DNA from: a virus
Lineage: Duplodnaviria; Caudoviricetes
Direction: 5' to 3' (one strand)
IMG/VR virus record: IMGVR_UViG_3300027246_000005
Location: 1-52,270 of that record
DNA: 52,270 nucleotides
Under the pieces are notes generated by a model. It saw only the letters and a program-made list of their open reading frames with translations. It was not told the origin of the DNA and searched no databases. Shown here piece after piece: positions 28,499 to 37,123 of the stretch (its first letter is position 1; the number at the start of each line of letters is the position of its first letter). The position numbers were made by a program, and so were the translations under genes.

Positions 28499-29229
28499 TA
28501 CGCAGACCTAATCGGTTGCATATTGGCAAACTTTAAAACTAAACTACCGGCAGCTTCAATATCTTCTTCGCAATAGTTTTTGATCTCTTCTATTTTACCA
28601 GCATAGAATGCAGCTCCGACTTCTCCAGCCTGCATGTCGTCTTTAGGATTCTTAATTCCCAATAATAGACATATATGAGCTAGTGCAGCACTTGACCATC
28701 CACCAGCTTTCCATACTTCGTATGTGTCTACTAGACAGTTTTCCCAAGGTTTCATTTTGTGTAAGTGTAATTGTCTTGGTAATTCAATACCATGTAGAAT
28801 AGATTTCTTAATGATATATGGTAGATCGAATCCTTTAATATTGTGCCCGACTATTTTAATACCTGGTGCTTTAAAGAATACTTGACTCATAAAGTTTGCG
28901 AAGCTGCTTAGGATGTCTCTCTCGTCTTCGCCGTAGAAAGATTTCTTTTGCATGTATGGATCTTCAGTTACCTCGTCAAATTTAACCTGACCAACTGAGA
29001 TACAAACTATTCTACCCCATTCTGGAGATAGAGCGGCTTTTTGAAAATAGATTTCCTCGTCAGAAGATTCTCTAAGTTCAACATCTTCAGCTTTAATAAA
29101 TTTAGCCTTACGCTCCCAGAAGCTCATGAGTTCGGGATGTGTTTCTTTTAATTCTCCAAATGTTTTAAAACCTGAAGTAGTTTCAATGTCAATGAAGAGC
29201 ATCGATTTAATTTCTTCTTTTGTATACAT
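28498..29229 (-). CDS. 3'-5' exonuclease (DnaQ/PolB-exo-like, stand-alone)
   Basis: FIDIETT (ExoI), VGHNIKGFDLPY (ExoII), YCEED (ExoIII). Confidence 0.9.
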   Translation of the reverse strand: MYTKEEIKSMLFIDIETTSGFKTFGELKETHPELMSFWERKAKFIKAEDVELRESSDEEIYFQKAALSPEWGRIVCISVGQVKFDEVTEDPYMQKKSFYGEDERDILSSFANFMSQVFFKAPGIKIVGHNIKGFDLPYIIKKSILHGIELPRQLHLHKMKPWENCLVDTYEVWKAGGWSSAALAHICLLLGIKNPKDDMQAGEVGAAFYAGKIEEIKNYCEEDIEAAGSLVLKFANMQPIRSA

Positions 29230-29504
29230 TATTTTACGATTTTAATTTGTGGAATTTCTTTGATAATATCAAAGATTGAGCAAGGATAAATCCAGTAAGG
29301 GCGTCCTAATTTAGCAGCATCTGCTGGAGAAGCTGGAACGGAAAATGAATACCATTTAACGCCATAAGATTTTGTTAAACCTGCGTTCTCTCCTATTAAA
29401 GTTCCATGGTACGTTGATATTTTAGCCCATACAAACTCGTACATTTTACCTACTTTAGGATTTTTAACGTTAATTACCTGAATTTCTTTTGGTTTTCTAG
29501 CCAT
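29229..29504 (-). CDS. Hypothetical protein (start MARKPKE at 29504)
   Basis: The ORF-track start at 29564 would read through the repeated promoter; the ATG at 29504 follows it. Confidence 0.6.
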   Translation of the reverse strand: MARKPKEIQVINVKNPKVGKMYEFVWAKISTYHGTLIGENAGLTKSYGVKWYSFSVPASPADAAKLGRPYWIYPCSIFDIIKEIPQIKIVK

Positions 29505-29511
29505 ATCTAAT

Positions 29512-29533
29512 TTGTTATATGTAAATATAAACA
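29512..29533 (-). promoter_or_regulatory. Repeated early-type promoter, copy 5
   Basis: Exact 22-bp core TGTTTATATTTACATATAACAA. Confidence 0.7.
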
Positions 29534-29574
29534 AAATAATCGACATAAAAAAATATTTATGCAATTACTTTCAA

Positions 29575-29601
29575 ATTATATGAAAAAAAGGAAGATTGTT
29601 T
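29575..29601 (-). promoter_or_regulatory. Putative middle-class promoter AAAC-N17-TATAAT
   Basis: Exact spacing; upstream of the exonuclease operon. Confidence 0.5.
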
Positions 29602-29839
29602 ACTCGTTGGACTCGAAAGGATCGGCCCATGTTTTAACCGAACGGACCTTAGTATATTGGTCGTAGGTTAAATGTATTCCAATATAGCCACCTGAAATAG
29701 AATAAGGGGCGTCAGATTCGGAAAACCAGTAAGGTGGTGGAGTATCAATTCTATCATTCAAGAAATCAAATAACTCATCGACTAGCATGTGATGGATATA
29801 AATTGTAAGAACCATGCATTTGTTATTCGGATAACCCAT
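29600..29839 (-). CDS. Hypothetical protein
   Basis: 79 aa ORF abutting the ATP-grasp gene. Confidence 0.55.
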   Translation of the reverse strand: MGYPNNKCMVLTIYIHHMLVDELFDFLNDRIDTPPPYWFSESDAPYSISGGYIGIHLTYDQYTKVRSVKTWADPFESNE

Positions 29840-30784
29840 TTACTTTTCTAATTTCCAGATAGGATTTTGTTTTGTATTCTGTGCAGAATCTTCTGCTTTA
29901 AATTTCTTTAATAGATCTATTGTCTCTTGACTTAATTCAGTTTCATAATAGTCTTCATAGATTCTTTTATACAATTCAGTCATAATACCGAATAAGGCGC
30001 CAGGTTCTGAATTCATTTCAAAGACATAAACTTTACCGTCTTTGGTTTCAGCCATGTCTATTGCATAAAAATCTAAATCAGAATGCATATCTGAAAAATA
30101 TCGACAGGCTTTAATATGAGAATCTTTTATGTTCTTAATATCCTTACAGATATAAGAGAAATTAGTTTCTTTTTCTGGATCTTTTTTAGCAATATCGGCT
30201 GTTTCGTCATCCATTGGAATTCTCTGTGCCCATTGAATAAGTTCTCCTCTCCATAACCAGTATCGGTGCTCTTCTTTAATTGAAATCTTTTCAGAGAAAG
30301 ATGTAAATTTACTAAGGTCTGCATTTTCAAACTCTTTAGCATCTTTAAATACTGTAATACCTAAACCACTATGCTCGTTATCGGGTTTTGCTACGACTGG
30401 GAATGTAAGTTTATCAACATCCTCTGCACTTGTTACAGTAGGAATGATGTATTCACTATCAACATGCAACTTATAGAATTCTGATTTCGATGAAACACTT
30501 TCACGAGCTTCTGGGTGGTTGTAGATTTGAGTATGCTGAATTGCTCCAGCTTCCATAAACTTTTCTAGAGTTTTTCTATCGTAGTTTAAAACAGGCATGC
30601 TTTTAGGGTAATCAATAGGATCCATGTCCATTGTGATAACTGCCCAATATTCAGAAGTATGATACTCTGGTCCGGTAATAAAAGAATCGTCGAGATCCTT
30701 TCTTCGAGTGATACACACTTTCTTGAAATCATCCACGACGATTGCTTCGTTTACAAATTGTTCAAATGTTAATAGAGATTTCAT
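29840..30784 (-). CDS. ATP-grasp (RimK-like) ligase with capsid-targeting-like N-terminus
   Basis: SKSEFY, FPVVAKPDNEHSGLGI, EHRYW, FYAIDM, VFEMNSEPG ATP-grasp motifs; N-terminus MKSLLTFEQFVNE. Confidence 0.8.
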   Translation of the reverse strand: MKSLLTFEQFVNEAIVVDDFKKVCITRRKDLDDSFITGPEYHTSEYWAVITMDMDPIDYPKSMPVLNYDRKTLEKFMEAGAIQHTQIYNHPEARESVSSKSEFYKLHVDSEYIIPTVTSAEDVDKLTFPVVAKPDNEHSGLGITVFKDAKEFENADLSKFTSFSEKISIKEEHRYWLWRGELIQWAQRIPMDDETADIAKKDPEKETNFSYICKDIKNIKDSHIKACRYFSDMHSDLDFYAIDMAETKDGKVYVFEMNSEPGALFGIMTELYKRIYEDYYETELSQETIDLLKKFKAEDSAQNTKQNPIWKLEK

Positions 30785-30801
30785 ACTCTATATATTATAT
30801 T

Positions 30802-31401
30802 TTATTTGTAGTGCTGACCACCTAACCAAAGAACGAAAGATTTTCTTGTTCCTTTAGTAACAGGCTTTACTCTATGCATCAAATAAGATGGAAATACTAC
30901 AACGTTACCTTTTCCACGAGGTGCTTGACGAATCCATTCTCCACCTCCCCATAATTCTAAGTCTCCGCCTTCGTATTCAGTATCGTCAGATAATTGAACA
31001 GTGATTGATACTTTTCTACGGGAAGCTATTCCATTTCCAATATCCTGGTGCCATGCATAATGACCGCCTTCGGCTGCATAATATTCAGTATATTGAATAG
31101 ATTCAGGAGCAGAATACAAATCAAAACCCCATAGGGCTGTATTTGCTTCTGTCGACATTGCTGTTAATTTGTCATACAGCCAACTCCATTCTTGAGATTG
31201 AGGAATCCATTTGATATTAGAGCTTCTAACTTTTTTATCAGTAGATGATGTATCTGCACCGATAGTTGTTGCTTTTTCAAAAGGAAGATTTCCAACTTCT
31301 CTAGAAATTTTATCTAATTCTTCTGCTGTAAATCCTTTATCAAACCAATAGTAGTTTTGTGGATCGTTTTCCGGTTGTACGAAAATGTTTTGAAAGTTCA
31401 T
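30802..31401 (-). CDS. 2OG-Fe(II) oxygenase (prolyl-hydroxylase/PKHD-like)
   Basis: WHQD (HxD), RKVSITVQLS, YEGGDL, FPSYLMHRVKPVTKGTRKSFVLW. Confidence 0.9.
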   Translation of the reverse strand: MNFQNIFVQPENDPQNYYWFDKGFTAEELDKISREVGNLPFEKATTIGADTSSTDKKVRSSNIKWIPQSQEWSWLYDKLTAMSTEANTALWGFDLYSAPESIQYTEYYAAEGGHYAWHQDIGNGIASRRKVSITVQLSDDTEYEGGDLELWGGGEWIRQAPRGKGNVVVFPSYLMHRVKPVTKGTRKSFVLWLGGQHYK

Positions 31402-31404
31402 ATG

Positions 31405-32067
31405 TTATTTATTTTTGTTTATTAATGCGTTAATCTCTTGATCCCAGAATGCGTGCTCTTGTTGCATATGATCTGATTCAAAACTCTTACTAGTAGCTGA
31501 TATTTCTCCGGGTGTTTTAAGTCCTTCGATCCAATATATCTTTCGATGATTCATGTCTTTATTATAAAAGTACAAATAATCATCGCCAAAAAAGACTTTA
31601 AAAATATCTGGTATTGCGACATAATTTTCTTTTTTAAGAATCATCATACAGCCAAATCCAAATGGTCTATTATCTAATTCAACTAATTGTAATTTGTCAG
31701 AATCAGAATTATAATCATCTACATTAAAATTACGCTTATACAATCCAATCATTCCAAAATTAGGATCAACTTCTACCAGTTTTTTAAAATTATTCAGTAA
31801 ACAATTTATGTTTAAAGAAATGTCGTCATTGAGAAGACATATATAATTATTCTTGGTTAGAGTAGCTCCAATATTCCATGCTGGATTTACAAAGATATTA
31901 TTTTTTACTTTAATAACCGTAATTCTAGGATCCTTATCTTTAAAATCTGAATTAGCGTTATCGATGATAATCAGCTCAATATCCTTTCTATCGGATAATT
32001 TAAACGATTCAATAGTATCTTTAATCCTGTTGGACTTCCAAAGGGTTGGAATTACAAATGTTATCAT
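31405..32067 (-). CDS. Glycosyltransferase family 2
   Basis: FVIPT...LIIIDNA...VNPAWNIG...LLNDD...FFGDD. Confidence 0.85.
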   Translation of the reverse strand: MITFVIPTLWKSNRIKDTIESFKLSDRKDIELIIIDNANSDFKDKDPRITVIKVKNNIFVNPAWNIGATLTKNNYICLLNDDISLNINCLLNNFKKLVEVDPNFGMIGLYKRNFNVDDYNSDSDKLQLVELDNRPFGFGCMMILKKENYVAIPDIFKVFFGDDYLYFYNKDMNHRKIYWIEGLKTPGEISATSKSFESDHMQQEHAFWDQEINALINKNK

Positions 32068-33908
32068 AATTGATAGATTTCGTTTACATATCCTTCGTCT
32101 TCTCCAAATTTACTAGGAGTTCCAATCGGATCATTTGGATTCTCTTCGTATGCCCAATCTTTCTGTCCTAATTCTTCGAATCTAGATTTAATTTGCTCGT
32201 TATAGTGCCACATGATTGTTTTAACTCGGCGTTGAATATCTGCTCTTGCTAAGTTATGAGAATTAGTCGTGTTACCATTATCATATATAAATTGAAGGTA
32301 GCCTAATCGAGGTATTCTCATCATCTTGGTTTTCAAGAATGTTCTAACGATTAATTCATAATCATCTGCGATTGCAAGGTCTCTACAGTGTCCGCCTATT
32401 TCGAAATAGGTTTCTCTTCTCCATGCTCGAACGTGATTTGGAACTCCAACAATATGTCTAATCGTTTTAGGATTAATGTTAGAAGATACTGCAACTTCGA
32501 AATCTTTACCCATTACATTTTCTGTAACGTAATGTCCATAACTAAATGCAAATCCTTCTCCATATTTTAGTGAATTCCAGTTTTGATCAATTTCAGCAGA
32601 GTCAGTATAAAAGAATCCTACATCTTCGTGTTTTTGAGAAGCATTAAATAAATCTTCAGTACAAGTCGGCACCAAATAATCATCATGGTCTAACTCGGCT
32701 AGAATATAACCTCTACACATGGTAGCTGCTCTCCATTTAACTTCTCCAATTATACCACCACTTTTCGGTGTAAAATCAAATAGTTTAACACGAGGATCTC
32801 TTTTTGCAATTTCTTGTGCAATCTTTATAGTTGCTCCTCCGTCAGTCGAATCGTTTACAAGAACCCATTCCCAATCGGTATATGTTTGTCTAGTAAGAGA
32901 TTCGTAAGTCATCCATAGTTTCTCTCCAGTATTGTAAATTGGAGTAAAATAAGAAATGAGTTTACTAACATCGTTTACTAACATAGCACTCATTGCGCAA
33001 TGATAACCCTTTTCGCCAGCATCTACGTCTCCTTCAATTAAATTAATCCATATTTTACGAAATTCACCAGGTGCATTCCATAAATTTTGTAGTTGAGATG
33101 GATCTTCATAGGTACTAACAATTGCAATTGGTTTTACCCTTGCGATATCAGCATAAATATTAGAATCGTCTTCGATATATTCGACTTCAAGTTCTTTAGA
33201 TTCCCAATTTACAAAGTTATTTGTTTTTAAATCTGGACGATCCTTGCCAATATAGAGTATTTTTGGGAATTTAGCCTTTGAAGGTTTTTGTAGCGCGTTG
33301 TAATAAGCTAAAATCTTGTCTATGAATAAGAATCCGTCTGGGTTCTTTTGATAAACAACTTCAATAAATTTACCATCAGCATCATAACCACCTTTAAAAT
33401 CAAAGTCATTAAAAACTGATCGATTAAGAATAAACTGGGCCAAGTCAATTGACCTAACTTTCATATTCTCAGGTTTAGCATATCTAACATCGCATCCAGT
33501 AAAATCTTTACCGTCTACTTGTTGATTAAAAACTATTCCAATCGATTTTTCTGCTTCGGCAAATCCCACAAGAGCTTCAAAATTATCGAATAACTTTTCA
33601 TGTAGAATATTGTCATCGTCTAGCGAATAGATCCAACCATCTGATATGTTATCAATGATAACTTTATTCATTTGAGGATATAGGTAATCTCCGCCTTGAG
33701 AGAATTCAAAATAAATCTTGGCTCCAAATTGTTGTAATTTACCAAGAATTTCAGCATCGATATCCTTTAATCTAGTCGAATCAAAAATTACATGCCATTC
33801 AACTTGTAATTTACCATCTTTAGCCGGAAGAGATTCTCCAACGGCAAGGATGTTATTTAATCTGCTACATCTTGTAATTACGTGTAGCTTTCGGGAATTG
33901 TCTATCAT
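32064..33908 (-). CDS. Two-domain glycosyltransferase (GT-A + GT2)
   Basis: N-terminal YSLDDDN...ADG domain; C-terminal FTPIYN...LVNDSTD...ELDHDD...ADDYEL domain. Confidence 0.85.
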   Translation of the reverse strand: MIDNSRKLHVITRCSRLNNILAVGESLPAKDGKLQVEWHVIFDSTRLKDIDAEILGKLQQFGAKIYFEFSQGGDYLYPQMNKVIIDNISDGWIYSLDDDNILHEKLFDNFEALVGFAEAEKSIGIVFNQQVDGKDFTGCDVRYAKPENMKVRSIDLAQFILNRSVFNDFDFKGGYDADGKFIEVVYQKNPDGFLFIDKILAYYNALQKPSKAKFPKILYIGKDRPDLKTNNFVNWESKELEVEYIEDDSNIYADIARVKPIAIVSTYEDPSQLQNLWNAPGEFRKIWINLIEGDVDAGEKGYHCAMSAMLVNDVSKLISYFTPIYNTGEKLWMTYESLTRQTYTDWEWVLVNDSTDGGATIKIAQEIAKRDPRVKLFDFTPKSGGIIGEVKWRAATMCRGYILAELDHDDYLVPTCTEDLFNASQKHEDVGFFYTDSAEIDQNWNSLKYGEGFAFSYGHYVTENVMGKDFEVAVSSNINPKTIRHIVGVPNHVRAWRRETYFEIGGHCRDLAIADDYELIVRTFLKTKMMRIPRLGYLQFIYDNGNTTNSHNLARADIQRRVKTIMWHYNEQIKSRFEELGQKDWAYEENPNDPIGTPSKFGEDEGYVNEIYQL

Positions 33909-33912
33909 ATTA

Positions 33913-34836
33913 TTATATTACGTCAAAGAAAAACATGTGAAAGAATCTAGCATTTTCAATTGCATCTCCAAAATATTTACTAGGAGCATGAATTTGTTTA
34001 GCATCGAATAGAACTAAACGATTGTATACGTTTCCAACTTCATCAATTTTTTCAAATTGTGTCGAGTCATAGAAATTCATTGCAGCATTCTTGCCTCTAA
34101 ATGTAGTTTCGTATGCTTCTTGGTCTTCGAAATTATCGAATCTTTTTCGACCAGTATTTTTACTAGAATAGAACGAAGTACCTGTTTCGAATGGAGCGTC
34201 TTTAGTTAAGAATACCATTCCAGCATACATTTGACTATCAACGTGAAATACTAATGGATCATTTGCTACGCAATATTGGAATACTCCGTTTGCATAACTT
34301 TCATAATTCCAGTTTGTAATTTCACGACCAATTATCTTTTCTAATTTCTCTTTAGTACCATCTAAAACGAAACGTGTTTTACTTCTTTTACCTTTATGAT
34401 AATCAGAAGGGTTGTATTCTAGATTTCTCATTGCGAAATCTCTGACAAAATCAGGATCCGCGTAGAAGTCATCAACTACGATTAATCCTTTGTCTTCATT
34501 ACAGAATCCAGAGTAATAAGCAATAAAATTGTCAATGCTTCCTGGATTATAGGTAAGTTCTCCAAAGTTAACTTGGATATTTGCACCTTTTGGAATATTA
34601 AAAGAAACTCCAACCTGATCATCTTTACCAGGATAAATTTCGGTAACATCTGGTCGACTAATAACTTCTAATGGTATTTCTATATCATTGACTATCAATG
34701 AACTAACAGGTTTAAAGAGATCACCATCCTTGACAGCTATCCAACCTGTTACATTGTAATTATTATCTGATACTTTTGTAATTGAATCAAAGTGCCAGAA
34801 AACATTCTGGTCTTTCGTGAAATGGTTGTAAATCAT
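33913..34836 (-). CDS. 2OG-Fe(II) oxygenase-like protein (DUF6445-like) with extra N-terminal domain
   Basis: IVVDDFYADPD...FHVD (HxD)...GTSFY...NRLVLFD...IHA...RFFHMFFFD. Confidence 0.75.
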   Translation of the reverse strand: MIYNHFTKDQNVFWHFDSITKVSDNNYNVTGWIAVKDGDLFKPVSSLIVNDIEIPLEVISRPDVTEIYPGKDDQVGVSFNIPKGANIQVNFGELTYNPGSIDNFIAYYSGFCNEDKGLIVVDDFYADPDFVRDFAMRNLEYNPSDYHKGKRSKTRFVLDGTKEKLEKIIGREITNWNYESYANGVFQYCVANDPLVFHVDSQMYAGMVFLTKDAPFETGTSFYSSKNTGRKRFDNFEDQEAYETTFRGKNAAMNFYDSTQFEKIDEVGNVYNRLVLFDAKQIHAPSKYFGDAIENARFFHMFFFDVI

Positions 34837-34849
34837 AAGTGTGTTTGTT

Positions 34850-34876
34850 ATTATATCGTATTAATTGATTAAGTTT
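34850..34876 (-). promoter_or_regulatory. Putative middle-class promoter AAAC-N17-TATAAT
   Basis: AAACTT-N15-TATAAT just upstream of the ATG at 34836. Confidence 0.55.
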
Positions 34877-35900
34877 ATCTTCTCTTTTTATCGAAGTTTA
34901 TATATGTATCGGGATTTACTGTGAGCCCATCGGCAATATCCATCATTCCTTTAATTATCTCTTCCTTTGATGCTCCCTTGTCGACAAGTTCAACAATTAC
35001 CTGCTCGTAATATTGATTGTGTTTCTCGAGATCGGTAAACTTCCAATTTTTAGGACAGCATCCACAGAAGTATTGTTCAAGTTTAATGTAACCATACTTA
35101 CATTCAAATTCTGAACCTTTAAATCCGCATGGTTTTAGAGTATCGTAATATGAATCCCAGTCTAGTTTAAATGGCCAATGTTCGTCATGGACAAAGGTAC
35201 CCCATTTCATAAACGCTGATTTGAGTTGAAATCCTTCAGCCTCTTTTTCAATTTCAGCTCGACCCCAATTAGGATTCCCCTTTATTTCAACAGCATCTCC
35301 ATTATCATCAAAGAATTCAGAGAGTGGAAGGATTCCAGTTTCGTAAAATCTTTTGTTTCGACGAATAACAGGATTGTTAGTATATTCCTTTTTTGATAGG
35401 ATCCAATAGTTAATTGATTTGTAGTTTTTCTCTTCTAGTAGAATATCTTCTTTAAGCCAATATGAATACCCAAATTGACGATCATCAGTATCATTTAAGT
35501 ATCTACGAAGAACCATTTGGTCTAAATCAGAATCTTCCATACATTCAACAAGTTCATCTATCCAGTTTGGTGAGAGTCCGCTGATTTTCTGAGGTAAACA
35601 AGTCCAATCTCCTTCTAAGAATAAAACGTATTCATAATTCTCGACCAGTTCATTAAGTCGATTAATTCCAGCGCCGACTCCTAAATTCTTTTCAGAAAGT
35701 TCTAGGTGCCACGTGATATTAGAGTACTGATTAAATAATCTTTCAGTCACTTCTAACAATTCATCATTATATGAATTCAAGAATATGTACCAATCTCCTT
35801 CAAAATCAGGATTAGCGTCTGTGAAAGAAGAGATTGTTCTTTCTAGATACTCTGCTCGATACTGAGCGTCATGTGAAAGGGTTGCGATACAGAATTTCAT
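34875..35900 (-). CDS. Glycosyltransferase (GT-A-like) with Cys-containing C-terminal extension
   Basis: NLGVGAGIN...YVLFLEGDW...YTNNP pattern of GT2-like enzymes. Confidence 0.7.
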   Translation of the reverse strand: MKFCIATLSHDAQYRAEYLERTISSFTDANPDFEGDWYIFLNSYNDELLEVTERLFNQYSNITWHLELSEKNLGVGAGINRLNELVENYEYVLFLEGDWTCLPQKISGLSPNWIDELVECMEDSDLDQMVLRRYLNDTDDRQFGYSYWLKEDILLEEKNYKSINYWILSKKEYTNNPVIRRNKRFYETGILPLSEFFDDNGDAVEIKGNPNWGRAEIEKEAEGFQLKSAFMKWGTFVHDEHWPFKLDWDSYYDTLKPCGFKGSEFECKYGYIKLEQYFCGCCPKNWKFTDLEKHNQYYEQVIVELVDKGASKEEIIKGMMDIADGLTVNPDTYINFDKKRR

Positions 35901-35939
35901 AATCTTATATTATTATACTACATTCTATATATTAAGAAA

Positions 35940-35957
35940 AACCGGCAAGTACCGGTT
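35940..35957 (-). terminator. Probable terminator hairpin
   Basis: Gene strand AACCGG-TACTTG-CCGGTT followed by TTTCTT. Confidence 0.5.
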
Positions 35958-36007
35958 GAAAACGACCCGAGAGCAGTTCTAATGGTATGCTACTCGGGTA
36001 CTGTTTA

Positions 36008-37123
36008 TTAAGATTCGAATCCAGGTAATTTTTCAGCAGGATTATGCGTAATTAAACCATTCGCAATATAAGTATCGGTATTTTCAACGTCCATTGAATA
36101 TACAATCTTTGCGTCTTCTCCTTGTAAAACATCAATTGAAGTTATTTCAATACTGCTTCCATCCTTGTCAACTAGGAAATCTCCAACTTGAATATTCTTT
36201 GATTGTTCAAAAAACCAATCATTTCCTCTTTTAATAAAATGAGCATGCGATTCAGAAGTTTCAATTAAACCGTTATTAAAGTTATGAATTCTTTGAGATC
36301 TAAGAGGACGGATACCAACTACTTTAACTTCAGTTTCTACCAGGTTTAAAGTATCAGTTGACCATCCAACAATTGTATCGTCTTCGGGCGCATCGCTGAT
36401 TTTCATGCCTTTTAAAAGGTCTCCAATTCTGATTTTTTCAATTAACTTAAAGGTTCCGTCGGCCATTTCAATACTAGTTCCTTTAACCGGACATCCTTGT
36501 TGACAACTTGCACCAGTTTGAGTCCCACCGTAGAACAATGACTGTAAACACCTATACTCGCCGTATGAGTAGCCGCTCACATTACCTCCTTGACAGTTAG
36601 TACCGGACCAGTACTCATATCCATCTAAATAAAAGTCGTAGCATTCCTCCGGCGGTGGCGGAGGAGGCTCGTAATTGAACACTGCTCCTAAATAGTAAGT
36701 ATCTTCCCAACCTGGAGTTGGTACATAATAACTAACATTTGCGTTGTATGCCCAAATTTCGTATGGATCAGTTCTCATCCAATACGCAAATCCATAATTC
36801 GCATTGGCGATTGCATTTAAAGTTACCCACACATCACTATTAGATGTAACCGCAAAGTTCTGTGGCGGATAAATAGAACCTGCAGTATATCCACTTGACC
36901 AAGGCGCAGTTACAGCAACCTGTCCAGCACCAGCATCAACAGCAAGCGTCCAACATCTGGTATTAATCCAACTATTTGTTGCGAATGCCATGTTTCCGGT
37001 ACCTGCGTATCCAGCAAACTTGCCTCTTATGCTAGAAGCTGTTGTAAATCCACCATTTCCGCATTCTATAATCGATCTTAGTGTAGAAAGCGCATATCCT
37101 CCAACTGAAACTAATTTACCCAT
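36008..37123 (-). CDS. Fibre-associated protein with C-terminal Hint (intein-like) autoprocessing domain
   Basis: Cys211 CPVKGTSIEMADGT...IEKIRIGD...VYSMDVENTDTYIANGLITHN (Asn361), followed by Pro and a 10-aa tail. Confidence 0.85.
   Translation of the reverse strand: MGKLVSVGGYALSTLRSIIECGNGGFTTASSIRGKFAGYAGTGNMAFATNSWINTRCWTLAVDAGAGQVAVTAPWSSGYTAGSIYPPQNFAVTSNSDVWVTLNAIANANYGFAYWMRTDPYEIWAYNANVSYYVPTPGWEDTYYLGAVFNYEPPPPPPEECYDFYLDGYEYWSGTNCQGGNVSGYSYGEYRCLQSLFYGGTQTGASCQQGCPVKGTSIEMADGTFKLIEKIRIGDLLKGMKISDAPEDDTIVGWSTDTLNLVETEVKVVGIRPLRSQRIHNFNNGLIETSESHAHFIKRGNDWFFEQSKNIQVGDFLVDKDGSSIEITSIDVLQGEDAKIVYSMDVENTDTYIANGLITHNPAEKLPGFES

Noticed and set aside
22987-29533. Repeated 22-bp element considered as a CRISPR array
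   Set aside because: Copies are separated by whole genes (0.3-4.3 kb), not 30-40 nt spacers; no cas genes; their position before ATGs fits promoters.
36041-36493. Canonical mobile intein
   Set aside because: The +1 residue is Pro, there is no homing endonuclease, and the C-extein is only 10 aa.
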